64,000 bases of DNA from Cercozoa sp. M6MM (lineage: Eukaryota > Protista > Endomyxa: Ascetosporea), in assembly GCA_040357565.1 (NCBI GenBank), contig JBDODJ010000053.1, one strand, 5' to 3'. Both the position numbers and the translations under genes were made by a program. Below the pieces are notes generated by a model, which was given only the letters and a program-made list of their open reading frames with translations, was not told where the DNA came from and searched no databases. Positions 41,747 to 58,555 of the stretch are shown here, piece by piece. The first letter of the stretch is position 1. Every line of letters begins with the position of its first letter.

Positions 41747-42499
41747 TGTTTGTGTGTGTGTGTGTGGGGGTTCGATGCATGTGAGTGTATTCATGCTGTG
41801 CAGACGTCGCCTGGTTACTCACCGACTTCGCCTGGCTACTCACCCACATCGCCAGGTTACTCTCCGACGTCACCTGGTAATTTCGCATTGAAATCCGATG
41901 TATGAACTAGGGTATGTGTACTTGTGTGCGCAGGGTACAGTCCTACCTCTCCTGGCTACAGTCCGACCTCGCCTGGATACTCGCCAACGTCACCGGGCTA
42001 TTCACCAACGTCTCCTGGTTACTCTCCGGTAACTCGGAGTCACAATGATACTTGTTTCAACCGATGGTGATACCACTTTGGTTTCAATAGACGAGTCCGG
42101 GCTACTCGCCGACCTCTCCTGGCTACTCACCGGTATCTCGTTTGGTGTACAGTTGCCCTGTCGCGTGTGATATCCGGTCACCGTAGACGTCGCCTGGGTA
42201 CTCTCCGTCGTCGCCTGCGTACTCGCCCACGTCGCCTGGCTACTCACCGGTACCTGCTTGTGTCAGCATGACGTTTACTCATGCACCATCTCATGCACAC
42301 CATGTCTTGTCGCAGACGAGCCCGAACTACGCTCCCAGCGCGGCTTCCCCTACGTGCGTTCACTCTGTTCGTGTGCTTGGCGGTGACTGATGTGTGTGTG
42401 TTTCGTTGCAGGTACGATCCTCAGTCGCCTGCGTACGCCCCCGAAGGCGGCAAAGATGCTAGTAAGAAGACGCCCGAGTACGACCCATCGGCCATGTAG
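31928..42499 (+). CDS. RPB1: RNA polymerase II largest subunit with heptad CTD (about 83 introns by manual count)
   Basis: [126 protein letters not shown], tandem YSPTSPG heptads. Confidence 0.98.
40965..41067 (+). repeat. Intronic (TG)n microsatellite with gap (RPB1); others at about 33690-33753 and 41680-41766
   Basis: Seen directly. Confidence 0.95.
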
Positions 42500-43960
42500 A
42501 CTGCAGAATCGAGTGCAGTGCCAACACCGACGCGCGGTGGCATGATCGCGCGAATGTAGCGAAGCCCGGCTCCGCTACGTGGCACAGACTTGGACGTCCG
42601 CGTTCCGACTTGCTTGCGTTCGTTGCAAAATATTAACGTAACTTATCGTATGTTACTGCACATTTTCAGTAATCATTGCTCTGACCCGTCCGCGTGGAGG
42701 TCATAACCTATGTCTCAACAAGTTTGAGACAAGGAAGAAGTTTAAGAGTGTTTGGCTTGATCTTGCCTGGACAGAGTCCTTGCAGAGAAGCAGAAAGCTC
42801 CGTCACGGCTTCAGCCTGGCGGAGTTTTTCTTTCATAAACGCATTGTTACGACCAAGGACGCCTTCCTTTGGTCGAGATCCAGTGGATCACTTCGAGACC
42901 CAGTAGGGGTATTTCACCTACAGTTCTAACGTTGACTCAACTGAGTGACGACTTATCTAATTGAATGATTTATTTAGTCTCTCCTTTCCCTTACTGATTG
43001 GGCCATTGAGCCGCAGTAACACTTAATAATAAACTTCACCCGGTTCGACTCGGATCGTGTCCGGTCGTAGTCAGAAAAAACAGCCGACTGCATGCATACG
43101 CGATGCATGCCGTGCATGCCAAGGAATTTCGTTTATCAGCTTTTGCAGCTTAAAGAGGGGCTTTCTCTCGACCAGAGCTCTGCCCCTTCTTCTCCCTTCT
43201 TCTTTCTCTACTCAACTTCACGCCAACTCAATATAAATATCTGACGGGTGTCTTTCCCTTCTACAAGTGCGTTTGCCGCCCAACTAAACCGTTGGGGTAT
43301 CTCCCTCCAAGAACATACTTTCTTACGTTCCTTAGTTTTTTAATATCAGGCATAGTACCCCCAATTTACCAAGGCCTGCGGTAACAGGATTGAAATTGTC
43401 ACGGCATCGCATATAGCGTTTACTGACGTTTGTCAGTGAGATACGGCGCGGACGGCATCTGTTTTAAACGAAACTGAGTCGCTTGTTAGTACAGACTGTC
43501 AGATCATGCAGTCTCCGCGGAGAAAGAGTTAAGAGTTTGTGGCTCTGCGGTACTGCTGCCTATAGAGCTGTCACCAAACTTGTCTGAAAGCCTGCCAGCC
43601 AGTGGCAAAAAAGAAACCCTCATCACCTTGGCATCAGCTGGTCAGGTGCTCTGCAGTCCGTACTGATACTCACCTCTACAAGTACGCATCTGCTGCTGTG
43701 CAACGTTAACTTCCCCGTGACGGACGAATCCGTCTAAGTTACGACTCCGTCTAGTTCGACGCAAGAACCCAGTTAGGGTAATTCTTCACTTCGCTTCTTC
43801 AAACTGCAAATTTACATTTGATTCCTCGCTTCGTCTATTTGACGACTCACTTCTTTTATTTAGTTTTCGGTTCACTGAATTTAGCGTGAACGCTGCCTCC
43901 ATGAAACAGACACGACACGATCGCAAGCAATTAGATGCGCCGGCGCCCGGCATGACATCA

Positions 43961-47688
<3,728 letters not shown>

Positions 47689-47882
47689 TATGCCACGAAC
47701 TGACGCACTTTATGTCGCCCTATTCACAGTAAGCACAGCCCACAGCGGTTTAAGATCCTGTACTGTACATTTACAATTCTATTTTGTTTAAAAAATTGGA
47801 GCGCTGGCAGTCTGGATCGTTTTGGACCAGATCGCGGCAGCGCAAGGCAGCACGCGGTGGTTCTCAGAGACGTGCTGGCACC
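47689..47882. promoter_or_regulatory. Putative bidirectional promoter POLE2/RPA1
   Basis: 194 bp between divergent ATGs, with an AT-rich core. Confidence 0.55.
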
Positions 47883-48839
47883 ATGGCGCAGGCAGCCGAC
47901 CTAACCCGCGAGGTCGTCGGCCATGAGGTAGGCGATTAATTTTTTGTGTCAATCGCGCTGTGATCGGACGCGCTGCTGGGGCCCAGCGTTTCGCAACTTC
48001 GTGTGATGTGTTGTGTTGTGGTTTTGCCCAGGTGACGGCCTTTGGGTTTGGCTTTTACAAACCAGAAGAAGTGCTGAAACTCGCCAAGGTCAAAATCACT
48101 GAGTCGCAGGTAAAGTTGTTCTTTATCTCCAGTTGTCTGTTCCTCTCCATGCATTTGTGTTGACAGTCGTTTGATGCGCTTGGCACGCCGGTTCCCAACG
48201 GTCTTTTTGATCCGCGCATGGGTACTCTGCCGCTGCCGTCTTTTTGAAGATTGTACTTGCTATGCTTTGTTTGTCTAGGCCCGATGGAGCGCTTCAGCAG
48301 CTGCATCACCTGTGGCCTTCCTGAGCACGAGTGCCCTGGACACATGGTACCCCTCTAACTGAATGATATTCTGTGTATTGCTCATGGCACTACACGCATA
48401 GGGTGCGATCGAGCTGGCCGCTCCGTGCTACAATCCGCTCACCTTTCAGGTCCGTGCTCTGGCTCACCACATATTTTGTGTAATGCACGTGCTATGTGTT
48501 TTGTGTGCAGCTGATGTTGAAACTGCTGTCGCGCACGTGCTTGCAGTGCCATCGACTGGTACACAAATGTTTTCCCATCTGTGCGCATGTGTATTGACTG
48601 CCGTTTGCGTTTGTTTTCCACAGCGTTTGCCGAAGGAAAAGTTGCGCAACATGCGGATGCGACTCGAGCTGATCGCACAAGGCCGCCTGTTGGAGGTACG
48701 GGACACCAGCGTCGCTTTGGTGTTGTGTCGGAAGTGATTGTCTGCTGTTTGCTGACAGGCATCGCAGCTGGTGTCGAAGCAAGGCGCCTCAGTTCTGGCC
48801 CGAATTGAGAAGTCCGAGGACGGCGAGGTACTACCCACG

Positions 48840-48909
<70 letters not shown>

Positions 48910-50867
48910 GTGTGTGTTACTGTGTGTGTTACTGTGTGTGTATGTGTGTGTGTGTGTGTGTGCGTCACTCGTTGATCGGCAGGACATCGCGAGCAGCGAC
49001 AGCGACGACAGCGACGACAGCGATGACGACAGCAGCAGCAGCAGCGACGACAGCGACAGCAGCGGCAGCGACGCTGACGACGAGAAGAAGATGGACGATG
49101 ATGGTGCCACTCACTCCTACTTTGCTGCCCACCAGCGCTCATTTTCGTGAGTTGTGCAGAGAACGAGGTCCGTTCGGTGAACTGGAGCACGGCCACTCTC
49201 GGCAGCATGCAACAAGCGCGCAAGAACATTCTGCGCGACCTGCTGCGCTGCCCCGTCCCGCAGAAGTAAAACCATTTTCATGCATATTTCTTCACGCACT
49301 TGTTACTTGTTACCATGTTGTGACCGCAGGTGTCCGCACTGCTCGGAACCGGCGCGCACTCTGCGCAACCACAAGACACTCAAGCTGTTCAAGCGCAAGC
49401 AGCGCGCTGCGGTATGTGGACTGTTTCTTTTTGCGTGTCTCTGTGGTGAGTAGGCACATGTTTGTTGTGCACAGATGGCCGGTCGAAGCAAGCGCTCGGA
49501 CGAGTTCGAGCAGGTGTGCTGTTGTTTTCTCTGCACGGGTGTGTGCATTGCATTGTTGTGTTTGTAGGCCAAGGACCGTACGGCGGACCAGCTGATGCTG
49601 CCGAACGAGACGCGTGTCCACGTCCAGGAGATGTGGTACTCTTTTTTATACGGCTTGTGTCAATGATCCCTGTGGGTGCGTGCTGTGTTGTCAGGCTTGC
49701 CGAAGGCGAGTTGTTGCGTCTGCTCTTCGCACGTCCTGCCAGGAAGCTCCTCGCCACCGCCAGTACTTCTATTGCAGCCTGTTTTTGAAGAGGGACTGAT
49801 GGGGGAGTATCTGTTGTTGTGTAGGCGAGGCGGACGAGGAGGAGAACCCACTGGAAAACATGTTCTTCTTGTCGATCTTGGCTGTGCCGCCCGTTCGGTA
49901 CTCCCTCCTATTTTTCGCCCGTGATATTTGCGAGACTGTCTTCTTTGTTCACAGCTACCGCCCGGCGTCTCAGATTGGCGATCGCACGGTGGAGCACGCC
50001 CAGAACACGTACCCAGTCAGTTTCCAGATGTGTTGATGTGTTTATGTTGTGTACCTGGCGCAGCTACTTCCGCGAGATCCTGCAGTTGAACGAGGTACAA
50101 CGAATGTTTTTTTTTGCCCTTCCGAATCGTGTTTTGTGAATATGAGTTGTATGTGTGCAGGAACTGATGTCGATGCAACGTCGGATGCAAGACAAGGCTA
50201 AGGATGGTACTAAACACTTATGCTTGTTGATGGCGTTTGATGGTGCTTATCGTTTGCCCACAGGCGCGACACCGCAGTCGTCTACGCTGCACGCGCGTTT
50301 CGTGTCGACGTGGCTTGACTTGCAAGAACAGGTACTCGTGTCCTGTGTTGTAGTCGCAGTTGTCTACCCCTATGCGTGAGCTTCTGCGTAGGTCAACTGC
50401 CTGATCGATTCGTCGAAGTCGACCAAGGGACTTTCTGCCGACAAGCTTACGCCCGGTATCCGTCAGGCGCTTGAGAAGAAGCAGGGCCTTTTCCGACAGA
50501 ATATGATGGGTACTTTTGACCGCACCATTCTTTGCTCAGGTAAAGGGGTGCCGATTCTGTGCAGGCAAGCGTGTCAATTTTGCCGCTCGTTCTGTCGTCA
50601 ACCCTGGTCTCTGGATCCACGCCGATGAGGTAAACGGGCATCCTTGACGTGGTGTGCTGTGCACTCTGGTTTGATTGCAGGTCGGTGTGCCTGAGCCGTT
50701 TGCCAAGAAGCTATCTTACCCGCAGCCCGGTATTCATGCGCCATTTCTCGCTGTTTGTGTTTGAGTGTATGGTGTCTTGTACGTGCCTGCAGTGACCGCG
50801 CACAACATGGCCGAGATGCGCCAGCGTGTCATTAACGGACCTGTATTGTTTATCTTTCCTCTCATGG

Positions 50868-50942
<75 letters not shown>

Positions 50943-53924
50943 GGACTGCCGAGACTGTTGGGACTGTTGGGACTGTTATGTGCGCAGAGCCAGCACCCGG
51001 GTGCCAACTTCGTCCAGGACGAGATGGGTCGTCAGGTTTCGCTCGACGGTACGTGTCTTAACCAGATGCTTGTGTACACACACGTATATATGGTGGCACA
51101 GGCAAGTCTCGCAAGGAGCGTGTGGCCATCGCCGATGCACTCTTGTCGGTGCAGTCCTCCGTCGCTCGGTACCTTGGGTCTGTGTTGTCTGTTTGTGTTT
51201 GAACTGAGTCATGCCTTGTGTTCCCGTAGAGGCAACCGACAGAAAGTCGTGGGTCGCCACCTGCACGACGGCGACGTTGTGCTGCTCAACCGTCAGCCGA
51301 CGCTGCATCGCGCCTCGATTATGGCGCATCGCGTGCGTGTCCTGCGGTATGCCTCTTACGTGCTGGTGTTGCACCTTGTACCGTTTGTCTGTGTCCACAG
51401 CGGTGCCAATGTGATCCGTCTGCACTACACGAACTGCAACTCGTACAATGCCGATTTCGACGTACGTTCAGCGAGCTTAGGTTTTTTTGTGTCTGGACCC
51501 GTATTTCCCATGACAGGGTGACGAAATCAACATGCATTTTCCGCAAAACGAATTGGCACGTGCCGAGGGTTACCATATCGCGGCCACCAAACACCAGGTA
51601 TCCCATGTCCGTCTTCTGCTGTGCACGAAGTGGTACGCGTCTGTCCTCGTGTAGTACGTCGGTGCTAAGGACGGCGAACCGCTGCGCAACCTCATGCAGG
51701 ATCACGTTGTCGCTGGTGTCTCACTGACCCGCAGGTACCCCGTTTCATTTATGGCTTACACCTACAACTAATGTGTTGCTGTGTAGGGATCGGTTCCTAA
51801 CCAAGATGCAGTACATGCACCTCGTCAATGCCTGGTGCTCTTAGCTCCCCAGTTGTCCAACTTGATATGACTGTACCTATTTAGTCTGGCCGCCCTGGAC
51901 CAAGGCGACAGGCGTGTCACGATGGAGCCGCCTACGATTTGGTAAACACTGGCCACTTTGTTTTTTCCCGTTGCATGTATTGCATGCGCATAGGGTGCCG
52001 GAGCCGCTGTGGACGGGCAAGCAGCTCATCACGACGTTGCTCAACTTGCTGTCTGAGCGGTACCTCCAGCGTACCGATGAGGGGTTCCGTTGTATCTGTG
52101 TGTATTAATGCAGCTACGGCCGTTCGAGTGAGGGCGTTGTTTCCACCGTCACCATGAAGGTACCGTCCATCCCTTTCGGCTGGTGTGTGCACATCTGTGG
52201 GTGTGGGTGTGTAGGGCAAGGCCAAGACGGATCCCTCGATCTGGAACACCGTCAACCGCGAGAAGACTGAGGAAGGCGTCATCATTGTAACTACTCCCTT
52301 GCTCGTGTACGTGAGCTGAAGCACCTTACTTGTGCTTCAATGTGTCTTTGCACAGGTGCGCCAGAATGACTTCTTGACTGGTACTCACACCATGGCAAAC
52401 ACATTCGTATCTCTAACGTGTGCCTGTGCTTGCAGGTGTCATTGACAAGGGTACGATCGGTACGGCGAGCTTTGGTCTCGTGCACGCTGTGAACGAGTGC
52501 CTCGGTACTCTCTTCCTCCGACTGTGACTATATTTTGCATACATTATGACACCTGTGGTTTTCGGCAGGCACGAGTGCCTCCAGTGACCTGATCACGGCG
52601 CTGGGCCATATGCTTACGACGCACATGTACGCGCGTGGTACCTCGCGTCCTGACTCCACTGGGCCTTGCATCAGTATTCATACACGTGTGCCCAGGCCAC
52701 ACTGCGTCGATCGATGATCTCTTGCTGACGACGGGCACTGAGCAGTAAGTCCTCTTCATACAGTTATGCGTCGACAATGATGGCTCGCTGTATGCTTACA
52801 GGAAGCGCCACGAGCATATCGTGCAGTCGCAGCGACTTGGTGCTTTGCCGTTACCAGGCATATCTGAGCCACTGATGCGCAGTGCATTTTTTGAGCAGGT
52901 GTCGACGTTGCTGCCAAGTTCACCGACACCGAGCAGGAGGTGCTGCGCAGTGCGGCGGATCGCAACGAGAGCGAGTTCCGCGCGCGTCTCGCGCTCAAGG
53001 CGCGCCTGTGCGAGGACCCGAACGGCGAGCAGGGCATGGACGGCGCCATGAAGGGCCGTTTGAACCCGATAACGTCGGGCATCATTGCTGACGCACTGCC
53101 GTTTGGCCAGGTACCCGCTTGTGTGAGGTGTCAACTGTGTTGTGGACTATTATGTGATGTAGCGCAAGACTTTCCCGGACAACAACTTCACGCTCATGAT
53201 CGGCACGGGTGCCAAGGGTACTTTTTTTGTCTCTCATTACTTTTGCTTTGGAATGACGCTCACCTCCGCGCGAGTGTAGGCTCGCAAGTCAACATGTCGC
53301 AGATTGCGTGTTTGCTGGGTCAGCAGGTGCTTTTTCACCGCTTGTGTCTCATACGTTACCTGCACTTTGGCTTGATGTGCTTTTATTCCCAGGAACTCGA
53401 AGGCCATCGTGTGCCGCGCATGGCTTCGGTACTGCTTTGCTCTGTGGGCAAATATGTCATGCATTTCTGCTGGGCAGGGTAAGACTCTACCGTCATTCGC
53501 TCCGTACGACCCGTCCGCGCGTGCTGGTAGACTCAAGTCACGTTGTGTGTGTGATCGGTCTTCGCTAACCTCTACCCTGCTGTGTTTTATGAAGGTGGTT
53601 ACATCACGGATCGTTTCCTGTCGGGCATCCGTCCGCAGGAGTACTTCTTCCACTGCATGGCCGGTCCGTTTTTCTCAAATGTTTGCCCCGCGTGCGTGTG
53701 TGATGTGTCTCACTCTGTCTGCTGGTGTAGGTCGTGAGGGTCTCGTCGATACCGCTGTGAAGACGGCAAACTCGGGTTACCTGCAACGGTATGACCCACA
53801 ATGACCTGTGGATGATGTGCTGCGCGTGCCTTTTCATCATGTACACTAAACGTCGGCTGCTTAGCTGTCTAATCAAGCACCTGGAGACTCTGTCGATGCA
53901 GTACGATGGCACTGGTACAGTCGG

Positions 53925-53963
<39 letters not shown>

Positions 53964-56429
53964 GCGTGTGCGTGTGTGTGCGTGTGCGTGTGTGTGTGTG
54001 ATTACGCGGGTGTGTGCGTGTGTGATTACGCGGGTGTGCGGGTGTGTGTGTGATTACGCGGGTGTGTGTGTGTGTGTGATTACGCGGGNNNNNNNNNNCG
54101 CGGGTGTGTGTGTGTGTGTGATTACGCGGGTGTGTGTGTGTGTGTCATTGACACAGTGCGCGACAACGACGGCAACGTCTTGCAGGTATGCGGGTGTTAG
54201 GAGAGAGTGGTTCGCCATGAACTGGCTTATCGTTTCGTGTGTGCGCGCAGTTTGTGTTCGGCAACGACGGCCAAGATGTGCAACAGGTATCCTTCTCTTT
54301 ATTTGCGCGCCTTGTCCTCGTATATATAAAAGCGATACTGTGACAGGCACCGTACATGCGCAAGTTCGACTTCCTGGTCGAGAACATCAATGCCGTTCGT
54401 CATCGTCTCTCTGGCGGGTACCTGTTTTTGATCTGTCAAAAAGTGTCGTTAACACGTGTTTGCGCACAGTGAGGGTCAGCAGGGCATCGAGCGTATCATC
54501 AAGACGGTCGATACCAAGACAGCCGGCCTGTGGAAGCAGCAAGCGGAGAAGGCGCAAAAACGACAGGCTCAAGTAGAGAAGGTATATGCGTGTGCGTGTC
54601 TTTGTTGGTGCTGTGTGTACTATATGCGCGCTACAGGCGCTACGCAAGAACAAGCGCGTCGAGAAGTCGCGTCTTCCTCCTGCGCAATTTCTGGTGCCTG
54701 CATTCCTGTGTCTGTGTGTCTGTGTCTGTGTCTGTGTGGGGTGTATCTTTCACTGTCGTAGGACCCGATGCTGGCACACCTGCCGCCACAGTCGAAACTG
54801 GGTGTCGTTTCCGAGAGGTACACACATATGCTATCTATCTGTATTCTATCTCTTTGTATGTGGTGTCTGTGGTGTCTTTAATGCACAAATTTCGGTGTTG
54901 CAGTTTCGACTCGGCGCTCGAGGAATGGATTGCCGAGCAGCTGCAAAAGTCGCAGTCGGTACTCACTTCATTCGTGTTTGCTGGTGTGTTGCCTGACCAC
55001 ATATTTGTATCAACACAGGACGAGGTGCGTCCTGGCGTCTTGGCTGATGAGTTCCGCCGCCTGATGCACTTACGCTGGCTCAAGAATTTGTGCCCGCCGG
55101 TAATACACCCGCATTTTTCTGTTGAGTGGTACGCAGATGCGTACGAAATGTAGGGCGAAGCAGTTGGTGTCGTGGCGGCCCAGTCGCTCGGTGAACCGTC
55201 AACGCAGATGACACTCAACACGTGCTTTGACCTGTTTCTGTTTAATCTGTTGAGACAATCTATTCCTATGTGCCTATGAAGTTTCCATCTTGCCGGTCAC
55301 GGTGGTGCCAACGTGACGCTCGGTAGCTTGTTGTTCCCCGATTTCAATGTGCCTGAGGATTCATGCCTGCAGGTATCCCGCGTCTGCGTGAGATTATCAT
55401 GAGCGCGTCGCAGGACATCAAAACGCCGTCGATGGCCGTGAGCTTCTTGTCGCGCGCCCAGGAACAGCAGCGTGCGCAAGCCGAAGACCTCAAGGCTTCG
55501 CTCGGTACCCAGTGTTTTTGTGACTATGCGTGTGTCTTGAGGATGTGGTTCGCGCAGGAAAGGTCATGCTCAAGGACATTCTGCACTCGATTGAAGTGCA
55601 CGAGAAGGTCTCGTTCGGCGAAGGTTCCGTCGGTCGCCGTGTCTACACGGTTGCACTCGTTTTCGTCAAGAACATGCCGGTACTCCCACTTGTGGTCCAA
55701 TGCGTACTCCCAGTTGTGTTTTCTTGTTAAGCACGTTTGAATGCGGAGCAGGTGTCACCCACGTGGTCGGCCATCAAGAAGGCGCTTGAAACCAAGTTCA
55801 TTAAGTTCCTGTGCCGCCTCGTGTCCAAGGCGCCGTCTGTTGCCGAGGTACTACTCCCTGTCTCAGCTTCGAGCCCTTTCATGGGCCCTCGCACAATTTT
55901 CCGTTTTTCTTGCAGGGCGCGTCGGCGCTTCTGAAGACGGCCAAGGCAAAAACGTCATCGCGCAAGAAGAGCGAGAGCCCCAAGGTACGTGCTGCTTTGC
56001 CTTTTGGTCACATACGTGCATTGTGCGTTTCTGAACCGCTGCAGGACGAAGATGACGTTGATTCCGACAATGATGACGAGCGTGAGGAGATCGATCATTC
56101 CGAAGGTATCAATCCGATTTTGCTGTATTGTGCTTGCGTTGTGCGCTTGTATATGTTTGTGTTTATGTTGTGTTTGTGTCTGTGTATTGTACAGACGAAG
56201 ACGAAGAGGAAAGCGAAAGTGAGAGCGAGATGCAGGATGACGGTATCTACACTAAATGTTGTGTACGCGTGTCTGCATTGTACCTGTGTTGCCGCAGAGG
56301 CAGACGAGATTGCCACTGTGGGCGATGGTATGAACACAACCTCATAGTCGCACATTTTGCTCTTTGACATGTTGTGTTTTCGCACAGAAGACCCGCACGA
56401 CGTCACTGATGTCTCCACCGTTGGTACAA

Positions 56430-56479
<50 letters not shown>

Positions 56480-56489
56480 NNNNNNNNNN

Positions 56490-56537
<48 letters not shown>

Positions 56538-58229
56538 CACTGGTTGACCTGTAACACTCTTAGGTGGCTATGATTCGGATAACGAGCGTACCGACATCCG
56601 CTCTGCGATGACAGACGAACCGCGTGACAGCAAGGTTAGCTACGACGTTTGTGTTGGTGTCTTGTATTTACGTGGCGCGTTATGTGTGCTCCACAGAAAA
56701 CCGCCGAACCAGCAGTGTCACGCCGTGCCGCGAAACTGGCCTTCTCGCATCCGGTACCGAAATTTCTTTTGTGTGTTGTATATGCACGTTCTACCGTGGT
56801 GGCGTGCAGCTGCTGTCGGGTGTGTACTACACTCGGAAGCAACGAAAGAACCAGCATGATCGGTGCAGACTGCTTTGCAGAGTGTATCTTATTTTGTGTC
56901 ACTTTTTAACTCTTTTTTGCAGATGCGAGGTGGCTTTATCGCTCCCGCTGTCAGCTGGCAAGGTACCACTTGATTGAGATCGTGTTTATCTGCTTATTTG
57001 CTACTTGTGAAAAAGGTCCTGATGGCGTCGCTGGCAGAGCGTGCCGCCGAGCGTGTGGCCGTGCAGTCGACGCGCGGAATCTCCAAGGGCTATGTGGTAG
57101 ACCATCATAAACAGTCTTTGATGACTTTCATCCCCTGTACACACACACGGTATAGGTGACGAGCGAGCCGCGTTTCCCTCGCTCGGGTGCCAAGCAGGAG
57201 GTTTTGCTGCAGACGGACGGTGTCAATTTCGATGTCATGTGGAAGCACGCTGATGTGATTGGTATTACCCGGGTACATGCTGAAGCCTGCAATGTTGTGG
57301 TTGTACATTATGCTTGGCTTAGATGTGAATCGCATTCACACGAACGATATCGGCGCGATCTTGCACACTTACGGTAGAGGCTCCTGTTGACGTAGCCTGT
57401 GTCGGTTTCAGTGTTTGTGTCTTGGCAGGTGTGGAGGCTGCGAATGCTTCGATCCAGCATGAAATTGCATCTGGTATGCACCGTTGAATAATTGCTGTCA
57501 CTGTATGAGATCATGCGGTGCTGTTTTCCCGCAGTGTTCGGCGTGTACGGTATTGAGGTGGACCCGCGCCATCTGTCGTTGGTACTGCGCATTCCTTTTT
57601 GAACAGTGAACTTTGATTTATCCGTGCTGTGTCATGCTGTCTAAATTTAGGTGGCGGACTACATGACATTCGAGGGTGGCTTCCGTCCGTTTAACCGCAT
57701 TGTATGTTTTGCTGTTAATTCTGCATGTATGTTGAAGTGTGGCATCTGCACGTGCGCTGTATTTAGGGTTTGAGCAACAACGTGTCGCCGCTTCTGAAGA
57801 TCACGTACGAAACTTCGGCGCAGTTCTTGGTGAACGCCTGTGTCACCGGTGCTTGCTGATTTATGTCTGCTAGGCTGTCTGTGTTAAATCTGTATGTCTA
57901 CAGGTGACGTGGACAACATGGAAACCCCGTCGGCGCGTATCATTGGCGGACACCTGGCCCGCACCGGCACTGGTATAGGATTTTGCGCTTCTGTTGGATA
58001 TGCACGGTGGATGTGGGCGGAGTTGTAGGTGCGTTCGAGTTGCTACAGCCGCTGGAGATGCGCAATGTCAGTGATGATTCGGATTTTGAGGTAAATTGGT
58101 GGTCGATACCATTCTAAATTGATTTTGAGAGTCTGGATGTCATAGAGCGACTCGGAAAGTGAGGAGTCAGATTCTTCAGGCGATTCCAGCGATGTTGAGG
58201 GTATATTCACCTGCACACACACACGCGCG

Positions 58230-58303
<74 letters not shown>

Positions 58304-58555
58304 CATATACATGACACACATTTACGCACGCATGCAGTAGATTCGTCATCCAGTGGTGAGAATGAGAGTGACGAAGAGGACGAAACTGAGAGCGACGAAG
58401 AGGAGACGGCGACTCAAGACACCGGCGCTGGTAGCGAAGACGAGTTGGAAGCTGAATCTGAGAGTGACGCGTCTTCGGATTCTGGGACGAGCAGCAACGA
58501 GTCCAGCGACTCCGACAGCGATTCCGAAGCATCGACTGCAAGCGACAGTGATTAG
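47883..58555 (+). CDS. RPA1: RNA polymerase I largest subunit (A190), very intron-rich, with an acidic C-terminal extension
   Basis: [175 protein letters not shown]. Confidence 0.97.
53929..54144 (+). repeat. Intronic compound repeat (TG)n + GATTACGCGG units with gap (RPA1); other (TG)n tracts at about 48841, 50870 and 56433
   Basis: gtgtgattacgcgggtgtg recurs about 5-6 times. Confidence 0.9.
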
